A stretch of 46,881 nt of DNA from Bacteroidota bacterium (GTDB taxonomy: Bacteria; Bacteroidota; Bacteroidia; M30B66), in the NCBI GenBank assembly GCA_947459155.1, contig CANHCM010000001.1:1-46881 (forward strand). The letters are read 5' to 3'. This document shows, in pieces, positions 24,705 to 33,616 of the stretch. Position 1 is the first letter of the stretch, and every line of letters starts with the position of its first letter. The position numbers were made by a program, and so were the translations under genes. Under the pieces are notes generated by a model. The model was given only the letters and a program-made list of their open reading frames with translations. It had not been told where the DNA came from and did not search any database.

Positions 24705-27700
24705 TCAGAAGTTAAGAATGGCACCGATACGAATGATTCGTGGACGGGCGAAATTGTTGGGATCGTTGATTTTTGCAGTGTACAAGTCAGCGAATGAAAT
24801 AGGATCAACTTGACCGGCAATGATAGGCTGAGATGTAGCTGCGTTGAGGAATCCATCATCATTAGGGTTACCTGTTGCACGGTAAACACCTACCACGTTG
24901 CGTGCATCGAGTAAGTTCTGAACGAAGCAGTAAATCTGTAAATCGGCTGTCTTACGTTCGTCTCCTTCTTTCTTACCATACTTCAGGGTAAAGGTCTTAT
25001 CCACACGCATGTTGATACGGAACTGGAATGGCAAGCGTGAACCGTTCAATGAACCTTTCAGCTGAGGACGGTTGGCAATACCGAAAGCTCCATCCTGAGT
25101 AAACACAGCTGAACGGCTGTAAGGAGTTCCTGAGTTGGCCAAAACCACAAAGTTTACACCTGAATTTGCGAAAATGTCCTTACCAAACATTCGTGGACCG
25201 TTGTACAATTTGCCTTCATCAAAGCGGAAGTCAAAAGTGGTTTGGAACTGGTGGCGAACATCGAAGCTTAATGGAATAGTAGTTCTCAGGTTAGGCTGAC
25301 CTGATTGAATCAGGTTAAGACCGGTAGATGAACTTGAACCTGTACCATCGGCAAACTGAAGTGTATAGTTTGCAGTAAGTCGCACATTTCCTGTACGGCG
25401 TAAATCGTAGGCAAGCGACATCCCTTTAACGGTACCAAAGTCGATGTTACCGAAAGTGGTGTAGTTTACCGGATACGCGTAGTTCACCGGAATTACCTGA
25501 ATCAGATTGCGCAATTCGCGGTAGAAGGCAGAAATGGTCAAAGCTGAGCTTGAGTTCAACGCTTGCTTGAAGCCCACTTCGTAGTCGATGGTACGCTGCG
25601 GCTGTAAGTCAGGGTTGTTGATTACGTTTCCGATGTTATTGGCGATAAACAAGTAATCAAGCGGATCGAAACGCACCCCGTCGGTTGGACGCTGGGTAAG
25701 TACGTCGTAGTGAGCGAAGAACTGCGCTACGTCGGAAATTGGGAACTGGAATGCAATACGTGGCATCACGTTCCACTGTGGTTTGTAGTCGCGGAATGCA
25801 GATGAACGCAACACCTGATTGTCGGGATCCAATAGAGCCGGAGTTGCACGACCAGTAGATGAAGACTGGGCGATTACGATTGGATCGGCTACTTCCTGAC
25901 CATCGCGATTGAACCAACGGTTTCCGGTACGGTAACCAACAATGTTGTCTACATCTTGTAAGTTGGTGTTGTTGATGTCGCGCACATATACTACGTAGTC
26001 ATCACCAATGTTTGCCGGGCGCTCGTAGTCGTTAGCGCCATAGGTAAACTCACCGGCTTTACGAGTTTCGTACAACACGAATGGATCGATAGGCACAGGC
26101 TGATTGGCATCGAAGCGGTCGACACGAACACCCACGTTGAAAATCAAATCGCGGAAAGCGAACTTGTCCTGGATGTAACCGGCATAATAAAGCGGCGTGA
26201 AGGCTCCAACCTGACGTGAGAAATCACCACGGCTGTCGCGATCGTTGAAGAAACCGTCGAGCGACTGACGGCCGCGTACTTTGTTACCATATGCATCGTA
26301 ACCAAAGTATGATACCAAAGAGGCGCCACCACCACCGTTGAACAACTCGTCAGGACTAAACATGTCGATGGAGAAATTCGAAGGATTGAGGTTATCAATA
26401 TCAATCCAATCTGTTCCATTCACGGCAAGTCCTAACTTCTCGCGCAAAGAGCGGTCGAAGGTCGACTGAGAAGATGCGTTGTAGAAACGGTTATAGTTAA
26501 TGGTATCATTGAAGGCACCTTCGCTGTTGAATACGGCAACTGGGTTGGCCAGATCGAGCTGCTCAATATGACGGTTTGTCAACTGACGCATGATTGTCCA
26601 CAAGCGCTGAGGCCCGATAAAGTAGTTACGGTCGGTGCGTTGTTCGATTTCGAAACCGAAAGCGATTTCGTGACCTTTAATATCGACCGAAGCGTTACCG
26701 GTTAAACGGAACTGTTCGTTGTTGGCCTTCTGCCATCCATCCCAGTTAAAACCGGTATTCTGGTAGAGAGAGTAAACAGCGTCGGGGTTGTCACCGTTCA
26801 ACAAACCACCACCCTGGATAACCTGGAAGAGGTTTTCAGAAAACCCTTCGATGATTCCATTGCTTTGGTTATAATATTGAGTGGTGTAATTCGAGGTAAG
26901 CGGGTTGAGTGGTGATGGCTCATAAGCGAAACGTGTATCGCGGAAACCATTTTGAACAAAGCCACCTAAGATAGCGGTACCAACTGTATCGAAGCCAAAC
27001 TGATAGAATGGCACTTTGGTAGTGGTAAACTGACCCACGTGTCCGTAGTGGAAGAAATTCTCACGGTGGCGGTTGTTAAAACGCTCAATGTTGTTTGAGG
27101 TATAGTCGGCCTGAACGGTGTAAAAGAAGTTCTTAAAGTTCGAGGCTGACTTCTCTTGCTCTGTGGAGCTTCCACCAAATCGCTGGGTGAATTTACCATA
27201 CACACGGTAAGTGTTGTCGATTCGACGTGGGTTATTGTCGAAGTTAAACATGGTAAATGTATAAATCGACTCAAAGCGATCGAAATAATCCCATGTTCCA
27301 CCTAAGGTGAAGTTGATGTTCTCGCTCAAACGGAAGTCGATTTTACCGGCCATGCTCACACGGTCAGCGCTGAAATTCGGACGGCGCTTCACTACTTCAA
27401 AATCGCTTGAGCGCACATACTGTGCATTCAGAACGTTACCGATACCGAGTGGTGCCGGGCGAAGCGGGTTGGCCGAGATTTCGTCAAGACGGTCCTGGCG
27501 CAAACGAGTAATTCCAACAGCAGAAGGATCACGATCAGCCTCACGGGTTAGCTCTGAGGAGAAGAAGAAACCAATAAAGGGCTTCTTGGTTCCGTCGGCC
27601 ATTTTCTTGGAGGCAATCGGTCCGGTAAGGTTAAGACCAAGGAGGTTATAACCGTATCCATCTACGGAACGAACCAATTCGAGACCTCCATTAAATTGTG

Positions 27701-28415
27701 GAGAAGGACCGCGGGTAGTGATAGAAATCACCCCACCGGTAGCATCTCCGAACATGGCCGGAACCCCTCCGGTAATGATCTGAATTTGTTCGATACCCTG
27801 CTGAGGAATGTTGGTTGACCCTCTCACCTTGATACCGTCTACAAAGTAAAACGTGGCGTCATCCCGCGAACCGCGAACGTTAATCGCGTCGCCTTCATCG
27901 GCTTGTGTTACCCCGGCAGTAGTGGCGGCCACCGACTGGACACTTCGGGTCGGAAGCGCATAAATCTCCTCCTTTGTTACTGTTTTACCCGTGTAGTCAT
28001 CAATCAGAGGTACGTCGTACTCCACTACTTCGAAGGTGGTAATTTCCACAACCGACGACTCTAATTTCACGTCGAGTGTTGTGATTTTCCCCCCGGAGAT
28101 TACAACTCCAGTAGTTTTGATGGGTTTGTAACCAACGTAAGTCGTCTTCACTTCATACGAGCCTGGGTTAATAGGCTTGATGAGGAATTCCCCGTTGATG
28201 TTAGATTGTCCGGCTCCAGCCTGAATCCCTCCATTCTCAACGACTACGTTGGCGAACGGAATGGGCTCTCCGGTTTTGGCATCAGTGATGGTTCCCTTCA
28301 ATGTTCCGGCGCCTGTTTGAGCCAGAGCCGCAACAGAGAGAGAAAGGATGCCAACAAGTGTCAGGTAAAAGTTTCTTACCATACTCTGTAGGTTAAAAGA
28401 TCCACGTTTTTTCAA
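24705..28415 (-). CDS. oversized TonB-dependent-receptor-like outer-membrane protein (CarboxypepD_reg + plug + large barrel)
   Basis: 1236 aa from a TTG start (alternative ATG at 28382 gives MVRNFYLTLVGILSLSVAALAQ). GTLKGTITDAKTGEPIPFANVVV..NGEFLIKPINPGSYEV. Plug motifs INVRGSR and IQIITGGVPAMFGDATGGVISITTR. Ends ..IGAILNF. Confidence 0.75.
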   Translation of the reverse strand: MKKRGSFNLQSMVRNFYLTLVGILSLSVAALAQTGAGTLKGTITDAKTGEPIPFANVVVENGGIQAGAGQSNINGEFLIKPINPGSYEVKTTYVGYKPIKTTGVVISGGKITTLDVKLESSVVEITTFEVVEYDVPLIDDYTGKTVTKEEIYALPTRSVQSVAATTAGVTQADEGDAINVRGSRDDATFYFVDGIKVRGSTNIPQQGIEQIQIITGGVPAMFGDATGGVISITTRGPSPQFNGGLELVRSVDGYGYNLLGLNLTGPIASKKMADGTKKPFIGFFFSSELTREADRDPSAVGITRLRQDRLDEISANPLRPAPLGIGNVLNAQYVRSSDFEVVKRRPNFSADRVSMAGKIDFRLSENINFTLGGTWDYFDRFESIYTFTMFNFDNNPRRIDNTYRVYGKFTQRFGGSSTEQEKSASNFKNFFYTVQADYTSNNIERFNNRHRENFFHYGHVGQFTTTKVPFYQFGFDTVGTAILGGFVQNGFRDTRFAYEPSPLNPLTSNYTTQYYNQSNGIIEGFSENLFQVIQGGGLLNGDNPDAVYSLYQNTGFNWDGWQKANNEQFRLTGNASVDIKGHEIAFGFEIEQRTDRNYFIGPQRLWTIMRQLTNRHIEQLDLANPVAVFNSEGAFNDTINYNRFYNASSQSTFDRSLREKLGLAVNGTDWIDIDNLNPSNFSIDMFSPDELFNGGGGASLVSYFGYDAYGNKVRGRQSLDGFFNDRDSRGDFSRQVGAFTPLYYAGYIQDKFAFRDLIFNVGVRVDRFDANQPVPIDPFVLYETRKAGEFTYGANDYERPANIGDDYVVYVRDINNTNLQDVDNIVGYRTGNRWFNRDGQEVADPIVIAQSSSTGRATPALLDPDNQVLRSSAFRDYKPQWNVMPRIAFQFPISDVAQFFAHYDVLTQRPTDGVRFDPLDYLFIANNIGNVINNPDLQPQRTIDYEVGFKQALNSSSALTISAFYRELRNLIQVIPVNYAYPVNYTTFGNIDFGTVKGMSLAYDLRRTGNVRLTANYTLQFADGTGSSSSTGLNLIQSGQPNLRTTIPLSFDVRHQFQTTFDFRFDEGKLYNGPRMFGKDIFANSGVNFVVLANSGTPYSRSAVFTQDGAFGIANRPQLKGSLNGSRLPFQFRINMRVDKTFTLKYGKKEGDERKTADLQIYCFVQNLLDARNVVGVYRATGNPNDDGFLNAATSQPIIAGQVDPISFADLYTAKINDPNNFARPRIIRIGAILNF

Positions 28416-28465
28416 GGTTGCTAAGATAGAAATTGAATGTGTCGGGCTTAAAAATTTGATAAAAA

Positions 28466-28477
28466 ATAGATATCTAT
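28466..28477. promoter_or_regulatory. perfect 12-bp palindrome upstream of the large operon (candidate operator)
   Basis: ATAGATATCTAT, 51 nt upstream of the TTG start and 84 nt upstream of the ATG at 28382. Confidence 0.3.
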
Positions 28478-28838
28478 CTGTTAACCAAATCGTTAAACTC
28501 GTTATTCTCCTCCAACTTAAGCTGATTGCAACCAGTAAAAACCGGCTTAAATCGGATTCAAATCACTGATAACTAATTCATTGAGAAATTCGCAATGCTG
28601 TTTTAGCCTCTATTCCTCCCCCATTTTAAATTTAGCATACTCACTTTCAAACCTTTAACTACAATTTCAACTGCCTTGCGAAATTTCCTGTAACAAAAGT
28701 GCTGCGTATTTCGTCGCCATGCAAAGACAAGATGATGGCTTTATCGCTTCGTTTTTGGCCTGCTTTTATCACAAAGAAGGAGGCATTTCATGTAATATAC
28801 TGAATATCATATATTTGAAGCATAACATTACAGTAATA

Positions 28839-29108
28839 CTAAAATCGTTTTCGCTTCTTTTTGCGGTTCAGTTTATCAGATTGCTTGCGGGCTTTCTTCA
28901 TCCGCTTCTTGGTAGCCTTGTCTTGAATATCAAGGTGACGTTTCTTTAAGCGCTCTTCTGCTTTGCGCTGTTTCTCAATCTGTTTCTCCTTCTTCTTCCG
29001 CAATTCCTTCTTTTGCTTTTCGCTCGATTTGGGCTTTACCTGGGCATCGGCACTGCCAACCACCATTACGAGTAACATAATGAGTGTCCAGATTCTGAAT
29101 CTTAACAT
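28839..29108 (-). CDS. small secreted, extremely Lys/Arg-rich protein
   Basis: 89 aa with an ATG start and signal peptide MLRFRIWTLIMLLVMVVGSADA. The mature part is almost entirely K/R/E/Q. Low-complexity coding is a caveat. Confidence 0.5.
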   Translation of the reverse strand: MLRFRIWTLIMLLVMVVGSADAQVKPKSSEKQKKELRKKKEKQIEKQRKAEERLKKRHLDIQDKATKKRMKKARKQSDKLNRKKKRKRF

Positions 29109-29145
29109 ATCCTGAGTTTCCTGTTTAAGCTGAGCAGATATACGA

Positions 29146-29153
29146 TAAATTTG
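29146..29153 (+). promoter_or_regulatory. -7 promoter box TAAATTTG
   Basis: 20 nt upstream of the ATG at 29174. Confidence 0.4.
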
Positions 29154-29173
29154 TCAATCGACGTTTCGGAATT

Positions 29174-29611
29174 ATGTTTTGGAAAAATTTACGCTTCCTC
29201 GCCCTCTTCGCACTCCCCCTTTTTTGGGCTTGCAAAAAGGAGAACATCAACGAGCAGCTTGGAATTCCATTCGTGAACGTATCGCGATACATTTTCTTAA
29301 ACGACCCCTTGTACACCAGTTTAAATCCCATTGGTGGTTTTGCCTTTATTGATGGTGGCTCGAGAGGAATTGTAGTGTATCGCCGAAGCTTCGATGAATT
29401 TGTAGCTTTCGACCGCCATTGCACCTGGCAAACTGAACAAGCCTGCCAAATTCAACCCGACACGGCTACTACCGTTTTGCTCAACTGCCCTTGCTGCACT
29501 TCCCGATTCTCTATTGTAGATGGCGCTGTGATGAATGGTCCGGCCATCAATGCGCTGTTGCCTTACAGGGCTCAAATTAGTAGCCCGGGAACACTACATA
29601 TATATAATTGA
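29174..29611 (+). CDS. Rieske-fold-like lipoprotein with non-canonical ligand positions
   Basis: 145 aa with lipobox LPLFWAC. The C-terminal half aligns by eye to a Rieske domain (..RGIVVYR...AFDRHCTW....LNCPCCTSRFSIVDGAVMNGPA..L), but both canonical His ligands are replaced. Confidence 0.5.
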   Translation: MFWKNLRFLALFALPLFWACKKENINEQLGIPFVNVSRYIFLNDPLYTSLNPIGGFAFIDGGSRGIVVYRRSFDEFVAFDRHCTWQTEQACQIQPDTATTVLLNCPCCTSRFSIVDGAVMNGPAINALLPYRAQISSPGTLHIYN

Positions 29612-29782
29612 TTATTCTCCCTTTGGAGTTTGAGCTATGGTAGGTCAGAAATAAGCAAACCGATGCTATCCTTCCTGGCGTTTAGAAATCCTATAAATCG
29701 CCTGAAATCAAAGGCATTCAGAACTACCTAAACGAACATCGGCCGGAATAGCGGGAAAAACTGAATTGCCCTTTCCTTTTTG

Positions 29783-29790
29783 TACGTTTG
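29783..29790 (+). promoter_or_regulatory. -7 promoter box TACGTTTG for ribF
   Basis: Lies inside the longest ORF extension (TTG at 29780) and 7 nt upstream of the in-frame GTG at 29798. Confidence 0.4.
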
Positions 29791-29797
29791 CAGCGCT

Positions 29798-30730
29798 GTG
29801 CGCATCCACCATCAACACTTGCAGGAACCTTTTCCGGTAAACCCGGTAGTTACTGTCGGAACTTTCGACGGAGTACACCTTGGTCATCAAACCATACTGT
29901 CGCGGCTGCGCGAAACGGCCCAACGCTTAAAGGGCGAAACGGTGGTCATAACCTTCGACCCGCACCCCAGGGCCGTGTTGCGACCCGATGATGATTCGCT
30001 GCACATTTTACAAACGGTTACGGAAAAGGCTGAAAGACTCGACGCTTTGGGCATCGACCACCTGCTGATTCTCCAATTTACCAAGGAATTCTCTGCACTG
30101 AGCTACAACGAGTTTGTAGAACAGGTGCTGGTGAAAACCGTGGGCACCCGACATCTGATTGTTGGCTACGACCATCAATTTGGAAGAAACAGAGAAGGCT
30201 CCTTTGCCAATCTGCGCCAAATGGGAAGTTTATTCAACTTCAACGTGGAAGAAATTCCGGCCCATGAAATCGACGAAGTAACCATTAGTTCCACACGAAT
30301 TCGTAAAGCCTTACTAAGCGGCGAAGTGAGTCATGCCGCAAGCTATCTTGGTTATCCTTACAGCCTAAGCGCCAATGTTGTAGAAGGGAATCAAATAGGT
30401 AGAACCATTGGCTTCCCAACCGCAAACCTGGAAATTCCAGGCGATCGGAAATTAATTCCGGCCAATGGCGTTTATGCTGTAACCGTTCGCCACCAAAAAA
30501 ACGTATACGCCGGCATGCTTAACATCGGCTTTCGACCAACCGTTTCGAACATGCAACAAAGGGTTGCCGAAGTGCATCTGTTAGAGTATGAAGGGAATCT
30601 GTATGGACAAGTACTTCAGGTTGAGTTTGTTGAACGCATTCGCGATGAGCAGAAATTCGAAAGCCTTGAGGCCTTGGTTGAACAGTTACACCGAGATAAA
30701 GATCGGGTTAGAGCGATTTTCAAACGATGA
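29798..30730 (+). CDS. ribF: bifunctional riboflavin kinase / FAD synthetase
   Basis: VVTVGTFDGVHLGHQ, GYDHQFG, and the C-terminal riboflavin kinase GFPTANL...GVYAV...GMLNIG. Start taken as GTG 29798; the longest ORF starts at TTG 29780. Confidence 0.9.
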   Translation: MRIHHQHLQEPFPVNPVVTVGTFDGVHLGHQTILSRLRETAQRLKGETVVITFDPHPRAVLRPDDDSLHILQTVTEKAERLDALGIDHLLILQFTKEFSALSYNEFVEQVLVKTVGTRHLIVGYDHQFGRNREGSFANLRQMGSLFNFNVEEIPAHEIDEVTISSTRIRKALLSGEVSHAASYLGYPYSLSANVVEGNQIGRTIGFPTANLEIPGDRKLIPANGVYAVTVRHQKNVYAGMLNIGFRPTVSNMQQRVAEVHLLEYEGNLYGQVLQVEFVERIRDEQKFESLEALVEQLHRDKDRVRAIFKR

Positions 30731-31317
30731 AGTTTAGGCTCCTTTTATGCTTGCTGATGACAGCCTCTTTATGGCTGGAGGCACAGCCGCGCTATGCGCT
30801 TGATGGCAAGGCATATACGAGCCTCAAAGCCGCACTGTTGGAGCCCGACTCGGTGGTCATCCTGCGTTTACGCAGAAAGAAGCTCGACAGCTTTCCGCCC
30901 GAAATCCTGCAATTCAAAAATTTAAGAGAGCTCGATCTTGGGAATAACCGCATCACGGCTTTGCCGGAAAACATCGGAGTGCTTGAAAATTTGGAAATTC
31001 TAAACCTGGAACGCAATAAAATCAAGGTGGTTGGGAAAGAAATTGGTCAGTTGAGACGCCTTCGTTACCTCGATTTAGGTTTGAATGAAATTGAAGTTTT
31101 GCCCAATGAATTGGGGAAGCTTATCAATCTGGAGTTTCTGCAAATCTGGGGTAACGAGATTACCTCACTTCCACAAAGTGTTTCAAAACTGGAGAACCTA
31201 CGCTGGCTCGACATGAGGGCCATCATTCTTACGCCTTCTGAGCGGGCCAACATCAGCGATTTGTTGAGCTCAAAAACAGAGGTTCTGCTTTCGCCCGATT
31301 GCAATTGCGGGAAATAA
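30727..31317 (+). CDS. secreted leucine-rich repeat (LRR) protein
   Basis: 196 aa with signal peptide MKFRLLLCLLMTASLWLEAQ. About 6 consecutive 23-aa LRRs (LxxLxLxxNxIxxLPxxIGxLxN). ATGA overlap with the ribF stop. Confidence 0.8.
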   Translation: MKFRLLLCLLMTASLWLEAQPRYALDGKAYTSLKAALLEPDSVVILRLRRKKLDSFPPEILQFKNLRELDLGNNRITALPENIGVLENLEILNLERNKIKVVGKEIGQLRRLRYLDLGLNEIEVLPNELGKLINLEFLQIWGNEITSLPQSVSKLENLRWLDMRAIILTPSERANISDLLSSKTEVLLSPDCNCGK

Positions 31318-31319
31318 AA

Positions 31320-31343
31320 AAGGACAGCCCGAAAGCCGTCCTT
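31320..31343. terminator. bidirectional hairpin between convergent LRR gene and clpX
   Basis: AAGGACAGC / GCCGTCCTT stem (8 of 9 pairs) with loop CCGAAA. An A-run lies on the left and a T-rich run on the right. Confidence 0.55.
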
Positions 31344-31371
31344 CATTCTGTTTTTCGATTTACACTAAATC

Positions 31372-32610
31372 TTAAGCGGCCTTGAGTCGCGACAATTTAA
31401 GCTTGTCGAATTTCTCTTTGGCGTAGGTTTCTGTGAGCACGAACTCCTTTTTCCCGGCCTGTGAAGGAAGCTCAAACATCAGATCAGTAAGCAAGCCCTC
31501 ACAAATTGAGCGCAAACCACGAGCACCGAGCTTATATTCAATCGCCTTGTTGACAATAAAGTCGATTACCCCTTCGCCAAACTGTAAGGCCACACCATCC
31601 ATTGCAAAGAGCTTCTGATACTGCTTCACGAGCGCATTTTTGGGCTCTGTGAGAATTCGTTTCAGGGTCTCGGCATCCAACGGATTCAGGTATGAAACCA
31701 CCGGCAAGCGGCCAATTAACTCGGGAATCAGGCCGAAGCTTTTCAAATCCTGCGAGTTTACATATTGCAGCAGATTGTCCTTATCTACCCACTCCTGCTC
31801 TTTTCCACTGGAGTAGCCAATGGTTTGGGTTTGCATCCTGCGGGCAATCTTTTTATCGATTCCGTCGAAGGCTCCACCGCAAATGAAGAGGATGTTTCGG
31901 GTATCAACCGGAACCATTTTCTGCTCCGGGTGCTTACGCCCACCTTGTGGCGGCACATTCACCACCGAACCTTCGAGAAGCTTGAGCAGACCTTGCTGAA
32001 CGCCTTCGCCTGAAACATCGCGGGTAATTGAGGGATTGTCGCTTTTGCGGGCAATCTTGTCGATTTCATCGATGAAGACAATGCCACGTTGGGCGGCCTC
32101 TACGTTATAGTCGGCGGCCTGAAGCAAGCGCGCCAAAATGCTTTCCACGTCTTCGCCTACATAGCCCGCTTCGGTAAGCACGGTAGCATCGGCAATGCAG
32201 AAGGGCACATTGAGAATTTTCGAAATGGTTCGTGCCAGTAAAGTTTTGCCTGTTCCGGTTTCACCAATCAAGATGATGTTCGATTTTTCAATTTCGGTAT
32301 CATCTTCTTTTTTCGAAGGTTTCTGAGTGAGGCGCTTGTAGTGGTTATACACCGCAACCGACAATACCTTTTTCGCGTCTTCCTGCCCAATTACGTAAGC
32401 ATCCAAATGCTCTTTAATTTCCTGAGGCTTAATGAGCTTTATATCCTGACGAAGTGTACTCCCGGCCCTTTCGCTCAGTTCTTCTGAGATAATTGCATGC
32501 GCCTGATTCACGCACATATCGCAAATGAATGCGTCCAATCCGGCAATCAGAATGGCGGTTTCCTTTTTACTGCGCCCACAGAAGGAGCACTTTTCTTTGA
32601 TTTTTTCCAT
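31372..32610 (-). CDS. clpX: ATP-dependent Clp protease ATP-binding subunit ClpX
   Basis: 412 aa. N-terminal zinc finger CSFCGR...CDMC, Walker A GETGTGKT, Walker B VFIDEIDK. Confidence 0.95.
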   Translation of the reverse strand: MEKIKEKCSFCGRSKKETAILIAGLDAFICDMCVNQAHAIISEELSERAGSTLRQDIKLIKPQEIKEHLDAYVIGQEDAKKVLSVAVYNHYKRLTQKPSKKEDDTEIEKSNIILIGETGTGKTLLARTISKILNVPFCIADATVLTEAGYVGEDVESILARLLQAADYNVEAAQRGIVFIDEIDKIARKSDNPSITRDVSGEGVQQGLLKLLEGSVVNVPPQGGRKHPEQKMVPVDTRNILFICGGAFDGIDKKIARRMQTQTIGYSSGKEQEWVDKDNLLQYVNSQDLKSFGLIPELIGRLPVVSYLNPLDAETLKRILTEPKNALVKQYQKLFAMDGVALQFGEGVIDFIVNKAIEYKLGARGLRSICEGLLTDLMFELPSQAGKKEFVLTETYAKEKFDKLKLSRLKAA

Positions 32611-32640
32611 AAAGGGCGTAAACAGATACGCGGAAAACGG

Positions 32641-33315
32641 TTATTTGTTGCGAACCAGAATTTCGTCGATCATACCGTATTCGCGGGCTTCAGCGGCGGT
32701 CATCCAGTAATCGCGATCGGAATCTCTTTCTACTTTGTCGTAGGGCTGATTCGAATGCAAAGCTATGATATCGTACAATTCCTTTTTCAACTTTTGAATT
32801 TCACGTGCAGTAATTTCGATATCCGAAGCCTGTCCCTGAGCTCCGCCCATCGGCTGGTGAATCATAATCCGGGCATGTTTCAGCGCTGTACGTTTCTTCG
32901 GAGCGCCGGCGCAAAGCAGCACTGCACCCATCGAAGCCGCCATTCCGGTACAAATAGTGGCCACATCTGGAGCAATATATTGCATCGTGTCGTAAATGCC
33001 TAAGCCTGCATATACTGAACCTCCCGGGCTATTCATATAAATCTGAATGTCTTTTTTCGCATCCACACTTTCGAGGAACAGCAACTGCGCCTGAACGATA
33101 TTGGCCACATAATCGTTAATGCCAACACCTAAAAAAATGATGCGATCCATCATCAAGCGCGAAAAAACATCCATCTGGGCAATGTTTAACTGGCGCTCTT
33201 CAATGATGGTCGGCGAAATGTAATCGGCCGTAATCGAAGTGTAGTTGTGTAATGTGGCTGAACTGATTCCGCGGTGCTTTACCGCAAATTTTTGAAACTC
33301 GTCTGGTCTGAACAT
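32641..33315 (-). CDS. clpP: ATP-dependent Clp protease proteolytic subunit ClpP
   Basis: 224 aa. IYMNSPGGSV, CTGMAASMGAVLL (active-site Ser region), IMIHQPMGG. Confidence 0.95.
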   Translation of the reverse strand: MFRPDEFQKFAVKHRGISSATLHNYTSITADYISPTIIEERQLNIAQMDVFSRLMMDRIIFLGVGINDYVANIVQAQLLFLESVDAKKDIQIYMNSPGGSVYAGLGIYDTMQYIAPDVATICTGMAASMGAVLLCAGAPKKRTALKHARIMIHQPMGGAQGQASDIEITAREIQKLKKELYDIIALHSNQPYDKVERDSDRDYWMTAAEAREYGMIDEILVRNK

Positions 33316-33575
33316 GGGTTGTAGGTTTGGTAAAAGCTAGTCATGAATTATGCCCGACAAATGGAAGCGCCAAATTGACGCTTTGTCTGACAGGCGAAAT
33401 TTCTGCAAATTGAGTTCACAAGAACGAGGCATGTGCAGGAAGATTTCAACAGCAAACCGAAATCATCGGTGCTTTGTTCGAGTTCGGTGCGGGTTTGTTC
33501 CCCTATCGGGGGATGACATGCCGGTCGGTTTGGGACAATGTTAACGTCAAACGCCTTTCGATACGAATAATTTAC

Positions 33576-33583
33576 TACTTTTG
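33576..33583 (+). promoter_or_regulatory. -7 promoter box TACTTTTG for ahcY
   Basis: 33 nt upstream of the ATG at 33617. The same ACTACTTTTGC context occurs before corA and cinA. Confidence 0.45.
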
Positions 33584-33616
33584 CCCATCTTTTAACACGA
33601 ATTCAATTACAAACAC

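Noticed and set aside
28583-28688. Imperfect inverted repeat GAGAAATTCGCAA / TTGCGAAATTTCC flanking ~80 bp with a palindromic TAAATTTA, considered as an invertible (phase-variable) promoter
   Set aside because: The arms are short with one indel, and the enclosed segment is much shorter than the invertible promoters I am aware of. No site-specific recombinase gene is in the window. This is insufficient evidence.
33390-33560. Possible SAH riboswitch upstream of ahcY
   Set aside because: The SAH-element core I remember (compact ~70-nt pseudoknot with GAGGAGCGCUGC / GGCUC / AACGGCGCUC blocks) is not present. The pairing seen here spans ~90-160 nt, and the best ahcY promoter box lies downstream of it.
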